The notes under the pieces were generated by a model. It was not told where the DNA came from. It worked only from the letters and a program-made list of their open reading frames with translations, and did no database searches. A stretch of 64,000 nucleotides of DNA, from NCBI GenBank assembly GCA_035448805.1, contig DAOTJR010000009.1, forward strand, positions 4,090 through 68,089, given 5' to 3'. Positions 20,485 to 28,839 of the stretch are shown in pieces. The number at the start of each line of letters is the position of its first letter. Position 1 is the stretch's first letter. The position numbers and the translations under genes are program-made. Source of the stretch: Syntrophales bacterium (lineage in GTDB: Bacteria > Desulfobacterota > Syntrophia > Syntrophales > UBA8958).

Positions 20485-21861
20485 ATGAAAAAGGCGATTC
20501 TCTGTATCGGCGCCGGTTACGTCGGCGGGCCGACCATGTCCATGATCGCCGCCAAGTGCCCCGACTACCGGGTAACGGTGGTGGACATCAATCCCCGGCG
20601 GATCGAAGCCTGGAACTCCGATCATCTGCCCATCTACGAGCCGGGACTGGAGGAACTCGTCCGGGCCTCCCGGGGAAGAAATCTGTTCTTCAGTACCGAC
20701 ATCGAAGGGGGGATTCGTGATAACGACATCATCTTCGTCAGCGTCAACACACCGACGAAAACCTTCGGCGCCGGCGCCGGCATGGCCGCCGACCTCCAGT
20801 ATTGGGAAAAGACGGCCCGTCAGATCCTGGAGAACTCGTCTTCGGACAAGATCGTCATCGAGAAGAGCACCTTACCCGTCAGAACCGCCCTGGCCATGGA
20901 GCGGATCCTGAACAGTCAGCGCAACGGCGTATCCTTCGATGTCCTGTCCAACCCGGAATTTCTCGCCGAAGGATCGGCGGTCCGGGATCTGGAAAACCCC
21001 GATCGCATCCTGATCGGTTCCCGGGAAACGGAACGGGGACGGTTGGCGCGCGACACCGTCGTGGACATCTACGCCCGCTGGATCCCCCGGGAGCGGATCA
21101 TCACCACCAACATCTGGAGCAGTGAACTGTCCAAGCTCGTGGCCAACGCCTTTCTGGCCCAGCGGATCTCTTCCATCAATGCCGTCTCCGCCCTGTGCGA
21201 GAAGACCGAGGCCGACGTGGCGGAAGTGGCCCGGGCGGTGGGTATGGACAGCCGGATCGGCGCCAAGTTTCTCAACGCCAGCGTCGGGTTCGGCGGTTCC
21301 TGCTTCAAGAAGGATATCCTCAATCTCGTCTATCTCTGCCGGTTTTACGGCCTGGAAGAAGTGGCCGATTACTGGGAACGGGTGGTTGGCATCAACACCC
21401 ATCAACAGGAGCGCTTCATCATGAACATGATGACGGCCATGTTCAACACCCTGGCGTCAAAAAGGATCTGCCTCCTCGGCTTTGCCTTCAAGGCCAACAC
21501 GGGCGATACCAGGGAAAGCCCGGCCATCTTCATTGCCAAGCGCCTCCTGGAAGAACAGGCCGAAGTAGTGATCTCGGACCCAAAGGCCCTGATGAACGCC
21601 CGCAGCGACCTGGCCGGTACGGAAGGCGTCGTACATTACATCGAAGACCCCTATGAGGCGGCGGCAGGATGTCACGCCCTCGCCGTCATGACGGAGTGGG
21701 ACCTCTACCGCACCCTCGATTACGAGCGGATTTACCGGGAAATGGCAAAGCCGGCATTCATCTTCGATGGAAGGAACATCCTCGATCACCAGAAATGCTA
21801 CCGGATCGGCTTCAATGTCTATCCGATCGGCAAGCCGCCGTTGACCCATTTCGAGGCCTGA
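20485..21861 (+). CDS. UDP-glucose 6-dehydrogenase
   Basis: 458 aa. ILCIGAGYVGGPT, GFGGSCFKKD catalytic Cys region, FAFKANTGDTRESPA. Confidence 0.93.
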   Translation: MKKAILCIGAGYVGGPTMSMIAAKCPDYRVTVVDINPRRIEAWNSDHLPIYEPGLEELVRASRGRNLFFSTDIEGGIRDNDIIFVSVNTPTKTFGAGAGMAADLQYWEKTARQILENSSSDKIVIEKSTLPVRTALAMERILNSQRNGVSFDVLSNPEFLAEGSAVRDLENPDRILIGSRETERGRLARDTVVDIYARWIPRERIITTNIWSSELSKLVANAFLAQRISSINAVSALCEKTEADVAEVARAVGMDSRIGAKFLNASVGFGGSCFKKDILNLVYLCRFYGLEEVADYWERVVGINTHQQERFIMNMMTAMFNTLASKRICLLGFAFKANTGDTRESPAIFIAKRLLEEQAEVVISDPKALMNARSDLAGTEGVVHYIEDPYEAAAGCHALAVMTEWDLYRTLDYERIYREMAKPAFIFDGRNILDHQKCYRIGFNVYPIGKPPLTHFEA

Positions 21862-21888
21862 AAGCTGCGGGAGGACTGAAAGCTGCGG
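21858..21888. repeat. 13-nt direct repeat overlapping the UGDH stop
   Basis: CTGAAAGCTGCGG occurs at 21858-21870 and again at 21876-21888, separated by GAGGA. Confidence 0.8.
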
Positions 21889-22094
21889 AAGCCCGAGTGT
21901 CGGGTACCGGGCAGGCCGCCGGTCGTAAGGCAGGTGTCTGACGTTCCGCCCTTTTCAACATGCTGTCTTGGGGGCGAGCCTGCCGGTGACGGCGTGTCTT
22001 CACCATCGGGAGACCGGGGATGACGGCAGCGGAACGGAGCGTCCCCCGGCAGCGCGACGTGATTGACGGCAAAGATCCGAACATACGGGCAGCA

Positions 22095-22583
22095 TCAGGG
22101 CTGATAGCCTTCGTCGGCGGGAAGATTTGTCCCTTCCGCCGCCTGCCTGGACAGCATATCACAGCGTTCGTTCTCCGGATCGCCCGCGTGCCCGCGGACC
22201 CAGACGAACGTAACGTCATGCCGGCGGCATAAATCCAGGAGTTTTTCCCAGAGGTCCGCATTCAGGGCCTTTTCCTTTCTGTTCCGCATCCAGCCGTCTT
22301 GTCGCCACCGTCGCGCCCAGCCTTTGGTCATGGCGTTCACCAGATACTGGGAATCCGTGAACAACTGCACGCGGCAGGGAACATTCAGGGATTTAAGACC
22401 CACGATCGCCGCGGTGAGTTCCATGCGGTTGTTCGTGGTGAGACGGTAGCCTCCCGACAATTCTTTTCTTTTTTGCCCGTAAAGCAATACCACCCCGTAC
22501 CCTCCCGGTCCCGGATTACCCAGACAGGCCCCATCGGTATAAATCTTCACCTCCTTGCGGCGTCCCTTAGCCTCTCCGGCCAT
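22095..22583 (-). CDS. rnhA: Ribonuclease HI
   Basis: 162 aa. [43 protein letters not shown]. Confidence 0.93.
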   Translation of the reverse strand: MAGEAKGRRKEVKIYTDGACLGNPGPGGYGVVLLYGQKRKELSGGYRLTTNNRMELTAAIVGLKSLNVPCRVQLFTDSQYLVNAMTKGWARRWRQDGWMRNRKEKALNADLWEKLLDLCRRHDVTFVWVRGHAGDPENERCDMLSRQAAEGTNLPADEGYQP

Positions 22584-22640
22584 ATCTCCCCCTGATCTCT
22601 ATAGCAAAAATCGATTGAACCACTGCCGAATTATGCCTTT

Positions 22641-23861
22641 CTATTTCCTTTTTCCGTCCGGCACGAGGAGGCAGATGGTCTCGATATGCGCCGTCTGGGG
22701 GAACATGTCGAGCGGCTGGAGTCGCTGGAGCACATAACCGCACCCGGCAAGGAAACGGCAGTCCCGGGCCAGCGTCGCCGGATCGCAGGAAACATATACG
22801 ATCCGGGGCGGCCGGAGCGCCGCCGTCGCTTCCAGCACCCCTTTTTCACAGCCCGTCCGGGGCGGATCGAGGAGGACCACATCAACGGTGCGCCCGGTTC
22901 GAACAAACATCTCCTGGAGGACCGTCCCGACGTCCCCCGTAACGAAATCCGCGTTGGTGATCCCTTCCCTGTCCAGGTTGAGGCGGGCGCATCTTGCCGC
23001 CCCCGCTTGTCCCTCGATCCCGGTCACCTCCCCGGCCAGAGGCGCCAAAAAGAGGGAGAAGAGCCCCGAACCACCATAGGCATCGATCACAGTCTCCGTA
23101 CCCGCCAGGTCGCACATCTCTTTCACGGCCGCTATTAGGTAAGGGATAAGATAGAGGTTGGCCTGGAAAAAACCGTTTCGGGGTACCAGGAGGATCTTTC
23201 CCAAGACCTGTCTGGTGACGAACTCTCCCGGAGATATGCCCGTCTGCGACCAGATCGTGACTTTACGCACCTCCCGGCGCCCTGTCCCCGGACTTTCGGA
23301 ACCACGGAGGAGCGCCAGGGAATCGTTGATGGATTCATGAACTATTTCACATCGTTCTATTTCAACAAGCTCATGGCTCCCCCGCCGGAGAAAACCTGCC
23401 GCCGGCGGCCCCTCCCGTCGGCGCCGTATAAAGAACTCCCCTTTCCCCCGGTAATGAAAGGCCTGGGGAGAGGGAATGATCGCCGTCACGGGCGGATCGG
23501 AAAAGTTCCCGATCCTCCGGAAGACGGCGCGGAGCTGCTCCGTTTTTATCTCCAGTTGCAGCGGATAGGGAAGATGCTGATAGGCACAGCCTCCGCAGCG
23601 GGTGAAATAAGGACACCGGGGCACAAGGCGGAGCGGCGACGCGGCGACGATATCCCTGATGACACCCCGGGCATAGCGCTTCTTGACCTCCGTGACGGTG
23701 ACGGTAATTTCGTCATCCGGCGCCGTGAAGGGGACAAAGATCGCCTGCTTTTCGTGCCGTCCCACCCCGGCGCCGCCGAAGGCAACGCTTTCGACCCGCA
23801 GGGGAATGTCCATCCCGGGCCGCAGAGGCCTGGATTCACCAACGCGCGCCGACCCCGTCAT
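22641..23861 (-). CDS. 23S rRNA (uracil-5)-methyltransferase, RumA/RlmD family (TRAM + Fe-S + SAM MTase)
   Basis: 406 aa. TRAM N-terminus, Cys cluster CPYFTRCGGCAYQH, SAM fold VIDAYGGSGLFSL, C-terminal VYVSCDPATLARD. Confidence 0.85.
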   Translation of the reverse strand: MTGSARVGESRPLRPGMDIPLRVESVAFGGAGVGRHEKQAIFVPFTAPDDEITVTVTEVKKRYARGVIRDIVAASPLRLVPRCPYFTRCGGCAYQHLPYPLQLEIKTEQLRAVFRRIGNFSDPPVTAIIPSPQAFHYRGKGEFFIRRRREGPPAAGFLRRGSHELVEIERCEIVHESINDSLALLRGSESPGTGRREVRKVTIWSQTGISPGEFVTRQVLGKILLVPRNGFFQANLYLIPYLIAAVKEMCDLAGTETVIDAYGGSGLFSLFLAPLAGEVTGIEGQAGAARCARLNLDREGITNADFVTGDVGTVLQEMFVRTGRTVDVVLLDPPRTGCEKGVLEATAALRPPRIVYVSCDPATLARDCRFLAGCGYVLQRLQPLDMFPQTAHIETICLLVPDGKRK

Positions 23862-23900
23862 AACCAGCTATAATTATTCAAATTAAGACCTTCATGGTCC

Positions 23901-24100
23901 TTAACGCCGGAGCGACAACGGCAAAAAAAGACGATCTTCGTTGTAACCACGGTCATCCCCCGCGATCGTGCCCGGAGCGAGTTTCAATTTATGGGCGGCT
24001 TTCGTCACAGCACAATCCATCTGTGCCAACAGCACACGAGGGAAGATAGCCGTCGTGGTCAAAAACGAGATGTAACTTGACGGCCCCCTTGGTAGGGCTG
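23901..24100 (-). mobile_element. Truncated, frameshifted IS4-type DDE transposase remnant
   Basis: The minus strand reads ..PTKGAVKLHLVFDHDGYLPSCAV.TDG. After a +1 shift it reads ..VTKAAHKLKLAPGTIAGDDRGYNEDRLF, then TAA at 23903-23901. This resembles the central KLH..D..G.LP / DRGY.D..LF blocks of IS4-family transposases. There is an upstream in-frame stop, the N- and C-terminal regions are missing, and I saw no terminal repeats. Confidence 0.55.
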
Positions 24101-24182
24101 CTAATTCAGTCAGGGCTAAAGTCCTGCGCTATGACAGGACATGGTTACCGCCCTGAGAAGCTGACCTCCATTTGCCGTATCC

Positions 24183-25165
24183 CTACCTCGCCCCGCTCAA
24201 GACCTGGAGGATGAAGACGACGTCGTCCAGTCCCAGATGCCCGTCGCCGTTGGCGTCACCCCGGACCCCGGCCGGCGCTCCGGACATGGTCATCGCCGGG
24301 AGGGAGACCTGGAGGCTCGCCCCGGTCAGCGAAACGCTCTTCGTCGCGGTCTCCATGCCCGGGGCCGCAATGACCAAGGTATAGTCGCCGTAGGGGATGT
24401 TCGCAAGGGTAAAGTTGCCGTCCGCATCCGTCGCGGCCCCGTAGCCCGTCCCCAGGAGCGTCACCGTCGCGTTGCGGACGGCGAGGTCGCTGTACCCGGC
24501 GACGCTCACGGACACACGGCCGGAGATGGACCCGCTGATCAAGCTGAACTCGGCGTTGCGTAGTAGTTATTGCCGGCGTTGGCAGTAGACGACCAGTAGT
24601 GGGACGACACCGTGTTGGGAAACCAGGACCCATCGACCGCCGGCTGGGCTCTGCTGCGGTCCACGATGGTCGATAGTTCCAGCCGCGTCGGCAGCCGCCA
24701 GTCGGGAAAACCGCCGAACCGGGCGCTGTTCAGGGCCTGGAGAAAGGCCTGTGTGTCCGTGGCCGCAGCGCCCGTTCCCGTCCCGCAGGTCCCGGCGTTG
24801 CCGCCGTTCGTCGCCGGATTCCGGTCGCACCAGGTGAAGGTCTTGGATCCATCATGGATACTCCCGTCGTTGGTCTTGTTCTCCCAGATCAGGCCCGTCA
24901 CGTTGTCCCGTACCATCGCCCAGGATGCGGTGTCATCGGGGAGGGCGTTTCCCGCGGCGTCCAGCTTCGTGTAGGAAGGCGGGTTGATGGTGTAATTACC
25001 ATCCTGGCCGAATAAGGCCTCCCCCGGCGACGGACAGGGGATCTCTCCGGAGGCATTGTAGCACTTTGTCTGGCCCGTGTCCGGCAGGGGCCCGGCAGCG
25101 GCGCCCCCGGCAAACGCCGCGATCAGCAACAAACCCGACATGAGAGCGATGATTTTGGTTTACAT
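24183..25165 (-). pseudogene. Disrupted secreted DUF1566 (Lcl C-terminal-like) / carboxypeptidase-regulatory-like / dockerin-like protein
   Basis: GGAGAGGA lies 5 nt before the ATG at 25165-25163, and TAA follows immediately at 25162-25160. Translation could resume at the ATG at 25141 (track ORF 24539-25141: PDTGQTKCYN..., LIWENKTNDG, DWRLPTRLEL, HYWSST). That frame ends in the middle of the DUF1566 domain. The next frame (24183-24542) continues with ISGSISGRVSV...NATVTLLGTG...ADGNFTLANIPYGDYTL and a C-terminal DANGDGHLGLDDVVFILQVLSG. Confidence 0.6.
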
Positions 25166-25210
25166 GGCATATCCTCTCCCCGACCAATTTTTAATGGAGT
25201 ATGACATGGG

Positions 25211-25240
25211 ATTAAGAGCAAAAATGAAGCCCCTTGTCAA
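25211..25240 (-). promoter_or_regulatory. Sigma70-like promoter candidate at the edge of an AT-rich tract, reading into the DUF1566 gene
   Basis: Minus strand: TTGACA (25240-25235), 18 nt, CTTAAT (25216-25211). A strongly AT-rich tract lies immediately upstream (25241-25330). Confidence 0.35.
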
Positions 25241-25544
25241 CCCCCCAAAATAAAAAAAGTGAGCTAAATGCAAATAAAAGATAGATTATATTGGCATTAT
25301 ACAGTTTAATTACCATAAATATTTGTGATGGAACAACATTTTGAAAAGAGACGAGCGCTAGAGGGTGAGCGGGTTCCCCAACATCCGGCATCATATTCAG
25401 CACTAACTTTTTACATGAAGGGAAGAGGCCTTGAATCCGCTGACGGAGAGGCAAAAGGACGGCGGGGATGGATTCGGGAAAAAGAACCGGAGATCGGCGC
25501 GCCATGGCCGTCCCCGGTTCAGTGATCGCTGTTTGCAGAAATGT

Positions 25545-25832
25545 TCATTCAGAGGATTTCGTTTCGCCGGTGGCTTCGCTTTTTCCTGTTTCGGCTGCCG
25601 CCGTCCCGGTGGTGTTTGTTTCCTCGTGCTTTGCCTCGCTCCGCGGTGCCTTCACTCCTCCGTAATCGGTCACATACCAACCGCTTCCCTTGAGGTGAAA
25701 AGAGGATAGAGACATGAGTTTGGTCACCGGCCCCTTGCAGAACCGGCAAGTCTTGACGGCGGGATCGGTGATTTTCTGAAACAATTCAAAGTCCTTTCCA
25801 CATTTCCGGCATTTGTATTCATAAATTGGCAT
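25545..25832 (-). CDS. FmdB-family zinc-ribbon protein
   Basis: [39 protein letters not shown] is the canonical CxxC...CxxC FmdB N-terminus. The C-terminal tail is low-complexity and acidic/Thr-rich. Confidence 0.85.
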   Translation of the reverse strand: MPIYEYKCRKCGKDFELFQKITDPAVKTCRFCKGPVTKLMSLSSFHLKGSGWYVTDYGGVKAPRSEAKHEETNTTGTAAAETGKSEATGETKSSE

Positions 25833-25854
25833 AACAACCCTCCCAATTTTGATT

Positions 25855-26382
25855 TTACGTACACAGGTCGTTTAGCTGATACCGGTTGCTGAAACAGTCC
25901 AGCACGAGTTGCAACTCCGGCCGCAGGCACGATTGGAGCAGGTCACGGGTAATCGCGTGAACCTTGTCCTCCTCCCGGCGTTGTTCCTGCCGGGACAGAT
26001 CGAAGGCAACCTCCCCGTTTTCGAATCTGAGGACATGGACCAGTTCATGGACAGCGATATACAGCAGCAACGGGCTCAACTTGATAAAAGAATGGGCCCG
26101 GTCCACGGCATCGAGGATCCGGTCGTCCTGGAGACAGATCCGGTAAAAATGAAAACCCCGCTCCTGCCCCGCTTCCTCTTTCCGGTAATGATACTTGCAG
26201 AGGTGGGCGAAGGCCTCTTTTCTAACCTCATGATCATCGAGAAAGGCCAGGGTCTTGACGTCGTAGGGGTGCGCCCGGACCTTTTCCGGGGATAGACGGA
26301 AATGCCGGCTCATCAACCCCTCGGCCTGTTGAAAGGAGGAATGTGCCAGCGATATCTGTTCGGGATTGAAATACCGGCCCAT
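25855..26382 (-). CDS. Hypothetical protein with HExxH motif
   Basis: 175 aa. [20 protein letters not shown] is a possible Zn-metallopeptidase-type motif. I recognise no other family signature. Confidence 0.55.
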   Translation of the reverse strand: MGRYFNPEQISLAHSSFQQAEGLMSRHFRLSPEKVRAHPYDVKTLAFLDDHEVRKEAFAHLCKYHYRKEEAGQERGFHFYRICLQDDRILDAVDRAHSFIKLSPLLLYIAVHELVHVLRFENGEVAFDLSRQEQRREEDKVHAITRDLLQSCLRPELQLVLDCFSNRYQLNDLCT

Positions 26383-26525
26383 CGATCCTTACCGCCTCGC
26401 ATTCGTTACCGCCGGCAGAACGATCGACTCGCTGCGGTCCCGCCCGGGGGACCGTTTCGCCACATCTATCGTTAAATTCAATGCCTGCCGGCATGATCAA
26501 CACCGCCATCCTGCCCGACGGACGC

Positions 26526-26553
26526 AATTTACTCATTTTTCTCGGGTTGTCAA
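26526..26553 (-). promoter_or_regulatory. Sigma70-like promoter candidate for the HExxH/FmdB pair
   Basis: Minus strand: TTGACA (26553-26548), 16 nt, TAAATT (26531-26526). It leaves a leader of about 140 nt that contains the GGTCCC/GGGACC hairpin. Confidence 0.4.
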
Positions 26554-26576
26554 GGGCTATCGACAAACCTTTGTCT

Positions 26577-28061
26577 CTATTTTGTCGGCACCGGCACGGA
26601 AGTGAGGAGATACTTCAGGTCCTCGTCCTCGAAGCGCAGGGATATGCCCACATAAGGGGAACTGTTTCCCTGGTTGCTGATAAAATCATCCCAGCCGGCA
26701 TTGAGGTAGATGTTCTTCAGGAGGCGAAGTTCACCCCCCGCCTTGAGATGGGCCTTCCGGTCCGTAGAAAAATCGAAGGCCTCGAAGGTGAGACGCAGCC
26801 GGTCCTGAAAGGAGAGAAAATCCGCCCCCACCCCGCCGGTGGATTCGAAGATCCCGCCCCGGACGACGAAATCCTTAAAGCGCTTACCCAGTTGCGCATT
26901 GAAGAGGAGACCGCTCCGGTCCCATTCCGTAATGGTGGTCGTCGTTCCCCCCTGGGTGATGTCTTTGACCGTCCGGCGTCCCCGGGGATCCGCCGCCAGG
27001 CCGAGGAGATAGAAGTAATCCTGACGGGGCTGGATACGCAAGTCGAGATAACTTTTCGCGTCGCTCTTGTCGATCAGATACTCCCCCCGGTAGCCTATAA
27101 ATGTTCTGAACTGCTCGCTTTTATTTACGAATTTATTTATTCCCCCCAGGGTTTGATTGAGGTTTTTCACCGTCTCGTCGTCGTTGACAAGTTTGCCGAT
27201 CGTCCCCTGGCCTTTGTTTATCTTGTCGGATACCTCCTGGAGGCTGGCCATGGTCTTATTCAGGCGCGCCGCCATCTCCCGGTCTCGGACGAGTTGTCCC
27301 ACCGTCCCCTCGCCCCGCTGGATGCCGGCGGTAATGTCGCTCAGGGAGGCAAAGGTCTTCTCCATCTGGCTTGTCGCCGCCCGCAGGCTTTCGATGACCT
27401 GGGCGATCTTTTCGTCGTTCCGGACGACCACCCGGTTCAGATTGCCCGTCAACTGCCGGGTGTTTTCCAACATGGCCCGGAGGGTGGCCTCGTTGTTCAC
27501 GACAACGGCGTTCAGATTCCTGGTCAAAAGGCGGGTATTCTCCAGGATGGCCCCCATGGATTCTTCTCCGGCCTTTCCTCCCATGACCTTGCTCAACGCG
27601 CCCGTAACCCCCTTGACGTCTTCGGCGATGGCGGCCAGTTGATTGAGGAGTTTATCCACATCGGCCTGGCGTTCCACCCGGGTGATACTCTCCCCCGCCT
27701 GGAGGAGCGCCGTCCCCTGGGTACCCGGCAGCAATTCGATATATTTGTCGCCGAGAATCCCGTGGGTCTTGATCGCGGCCGTGACGTCCTTTTCGAGCTT
27801 CACCTCCCCGGGGAGGCGGATACTCACCACGGCCCGGCCGTTCTTGAGGCGGATCGTTTCCACCCGTCCCACCTCCACGCCGGCGATCTGCACGGAGGCG
27901 CCGTTGGTCAGTCCCGCGGCGTTGTCGAACTCAACCTCCACCAGATAGCCCCGTTTGAAGGTAAAACCCCGCTGGCCGACCTGAAAGGACATATACCCGA
28001 GGACGATCAGACCGATGAGGACGAAAAGGCCGACCTTGGCCTCGGAGCTGATTTTGTTCAT
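26577..28061 (-). CDS. mlaD: MlaD/MCE-family protein with long helical and C-terminal beta-rich extension
   Basis: AAGGAGG lies 9 nt before the ATG at 28061. TM helix VGLFVLIGLIVLGYMSF and MCE core VEFDNAAGLTNGASVQIAGVEVGRVETI. This is followed by repeated LN..VV.N helical segments and a C-terminal region of about 185 aa with an alternating pattern. Confidence 0.85.
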   Translation of the reverse strand: MNKISSEAKVGLFVLIGLIVLGYMSFQVGQRGFTFKRGYLVEVEFDNAAGLTNGASVQIAGVEVGRVETIRLKNGRAVVSIRLPGEVKLEKDVTAAIKTHGILGDKYIELLPGTQGTALLQAGESITRVERQADVDKLLNQLAAIAEDVKGVTGALSKVMGGKAGEESMGAILENTRLLTRNLNAVVVNNEATLRAMLENTRQLTGNLNRVVVRNDEKIAQVIESLRAATSQMEKTFASLSDITAGIQRGEGTVGQLVRDREMAARLNKTMASLQEVSDKINKGQGTIGKLVNDDETVKNLNQTLGGINKFVNKSEQFRTFIGYRGEYLIDKSDAKSYLDLRIQPRQDYFYLLGLAADPRGRRTVKDITQGGTTTTITEWDRSGLLFNAQLGKRFKDFVVRGGIFESTGGVGADFLSFQDRLRLTFEAFDFSTDRKAHLKAGGELRLLKNIYLNAGWDDFISNQGNSSPYVGISLRFEDEDLKYLLTSVPVPTK

Positions 28062-28078
28062 GAAATGGAACCTCCTTA

Positions 28079-28825
28079 TCACATAACCCGGATCGGGCCC
28101 TCGATACTCCCGGCGAGAAACTGGCGGATCACGGGGTCCCGGGATGCCTGGATCTCCTCCGGCGTGCCGTGGGCGATAATAACGCCTTCATAAAGCATGG
28201 CGATCTTGTGGCCGATCCGGAAGATGGACTGAAGATCGTGACTGATGACCACACAGGTCAACTGGAAATTCTTCTGGGTCGCCACGATCAACTGGTTGAC
28301 GGCCTCCGTCATGACGGGATCGAGACCCGTCGTCGGCTCGTCGAAGAGGACGATCCGGGGATGGAGGGCGATGGCCCGGGCCAGACCGACCCTTTTTCTC
28401 ATCCCTCCGCTCAACTCGGCCGGCATCTTTTCCTCCACCCCCGGCAGGCCGACCGCCCGCAAGCGGTCCGTCACGATCCCGCGGATCTCCGTCTCTTTAA
28501 GTCGGGCGTGTTCCCGGAGGGGGAAGGCCACGTTTTCCCCGACCGTCATGGAATCGAAAAGGGCGGCCTCTTGAAACAGCATTCCGAACTTCTTTCTGAT
28601 TTCGTTGAGTTCCCGGTCGTTGAGGCGGGTTATATCCACACCGTCCACCAGGACCCGGCCCCGGTCGGGCTTCATGAGCCCGATGATGTGTTTGAGCAGG
28701 ACGCTTTTCCCGCCGCCGCTGCGCCCGATGATCACCGTGGTCATGCCGTCCTCGATGGTGAGGTTCAAACCGGCCAGGACCTGATTTTTCCCGAAGGATT
28801 TGTGAAGGTCTATCAGTTCGATCAT
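28079..28825 (-). CDS. mlaF: ABC transporter ATP-binding protein, MlaF type
   Basis: Starts at MIELIDLHKSFG (28825). Walker A GRSGGGKS, signature LSGGMRKRVGLARA, Walker B IVLFDEPTTGLDP. The arginine-rich extension of the track ORF up to 28966 overlaps mlaE and is rejected. Confidence 0.9.
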   Translation of the reverse strand: MIELIDLHKSFGKNQVLAGLNLTIEDGMTTVIIGRSGGGKSVLLKHIIGLMKPDRGRVLVDGVDITRLNDRELNEIRKKFGMLFQEAALFDSMTVGENVAFPLREHARLKETEIRGIVTDRLRAVGLPGVEEKMPAELSGGMRKRVGLARAIALHPRIVLFDEPTTGLDPVMTEAVNQLIVATQKNFQLTCVVISHDLQSIFRIGHKIAMLYEGVIIAHGTPEEIQASRDPVIRQFLAGSIEGPIRVM

Positions 28826-28839
28826 CGTCCCGGGATGCC

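Noticed and set aside
24183-25165. DUF1566 C-terminus as a diversity-generating-retroelement variable region
   Set aside because: DUF1566/C-type-lectin folds are known DGR targets, and the break point lies in an Asn/Tyr-rich stretch. However, there is no reverse transcriptase, no template repeat and no second copy of the region anywhere in the window.
25212-25505. 97-aa minus-strand ORF across the AT-rich island
   Set aside because: It runs through promoter-like AT-rich DNA, has no RBS and no similarity to anything I know. It is probably non-coding.
26481-28193. 570-aa plus-strand ORF
   Set aside because: It is antisense to mlaD and mlaF, both of which have clear family motifs.
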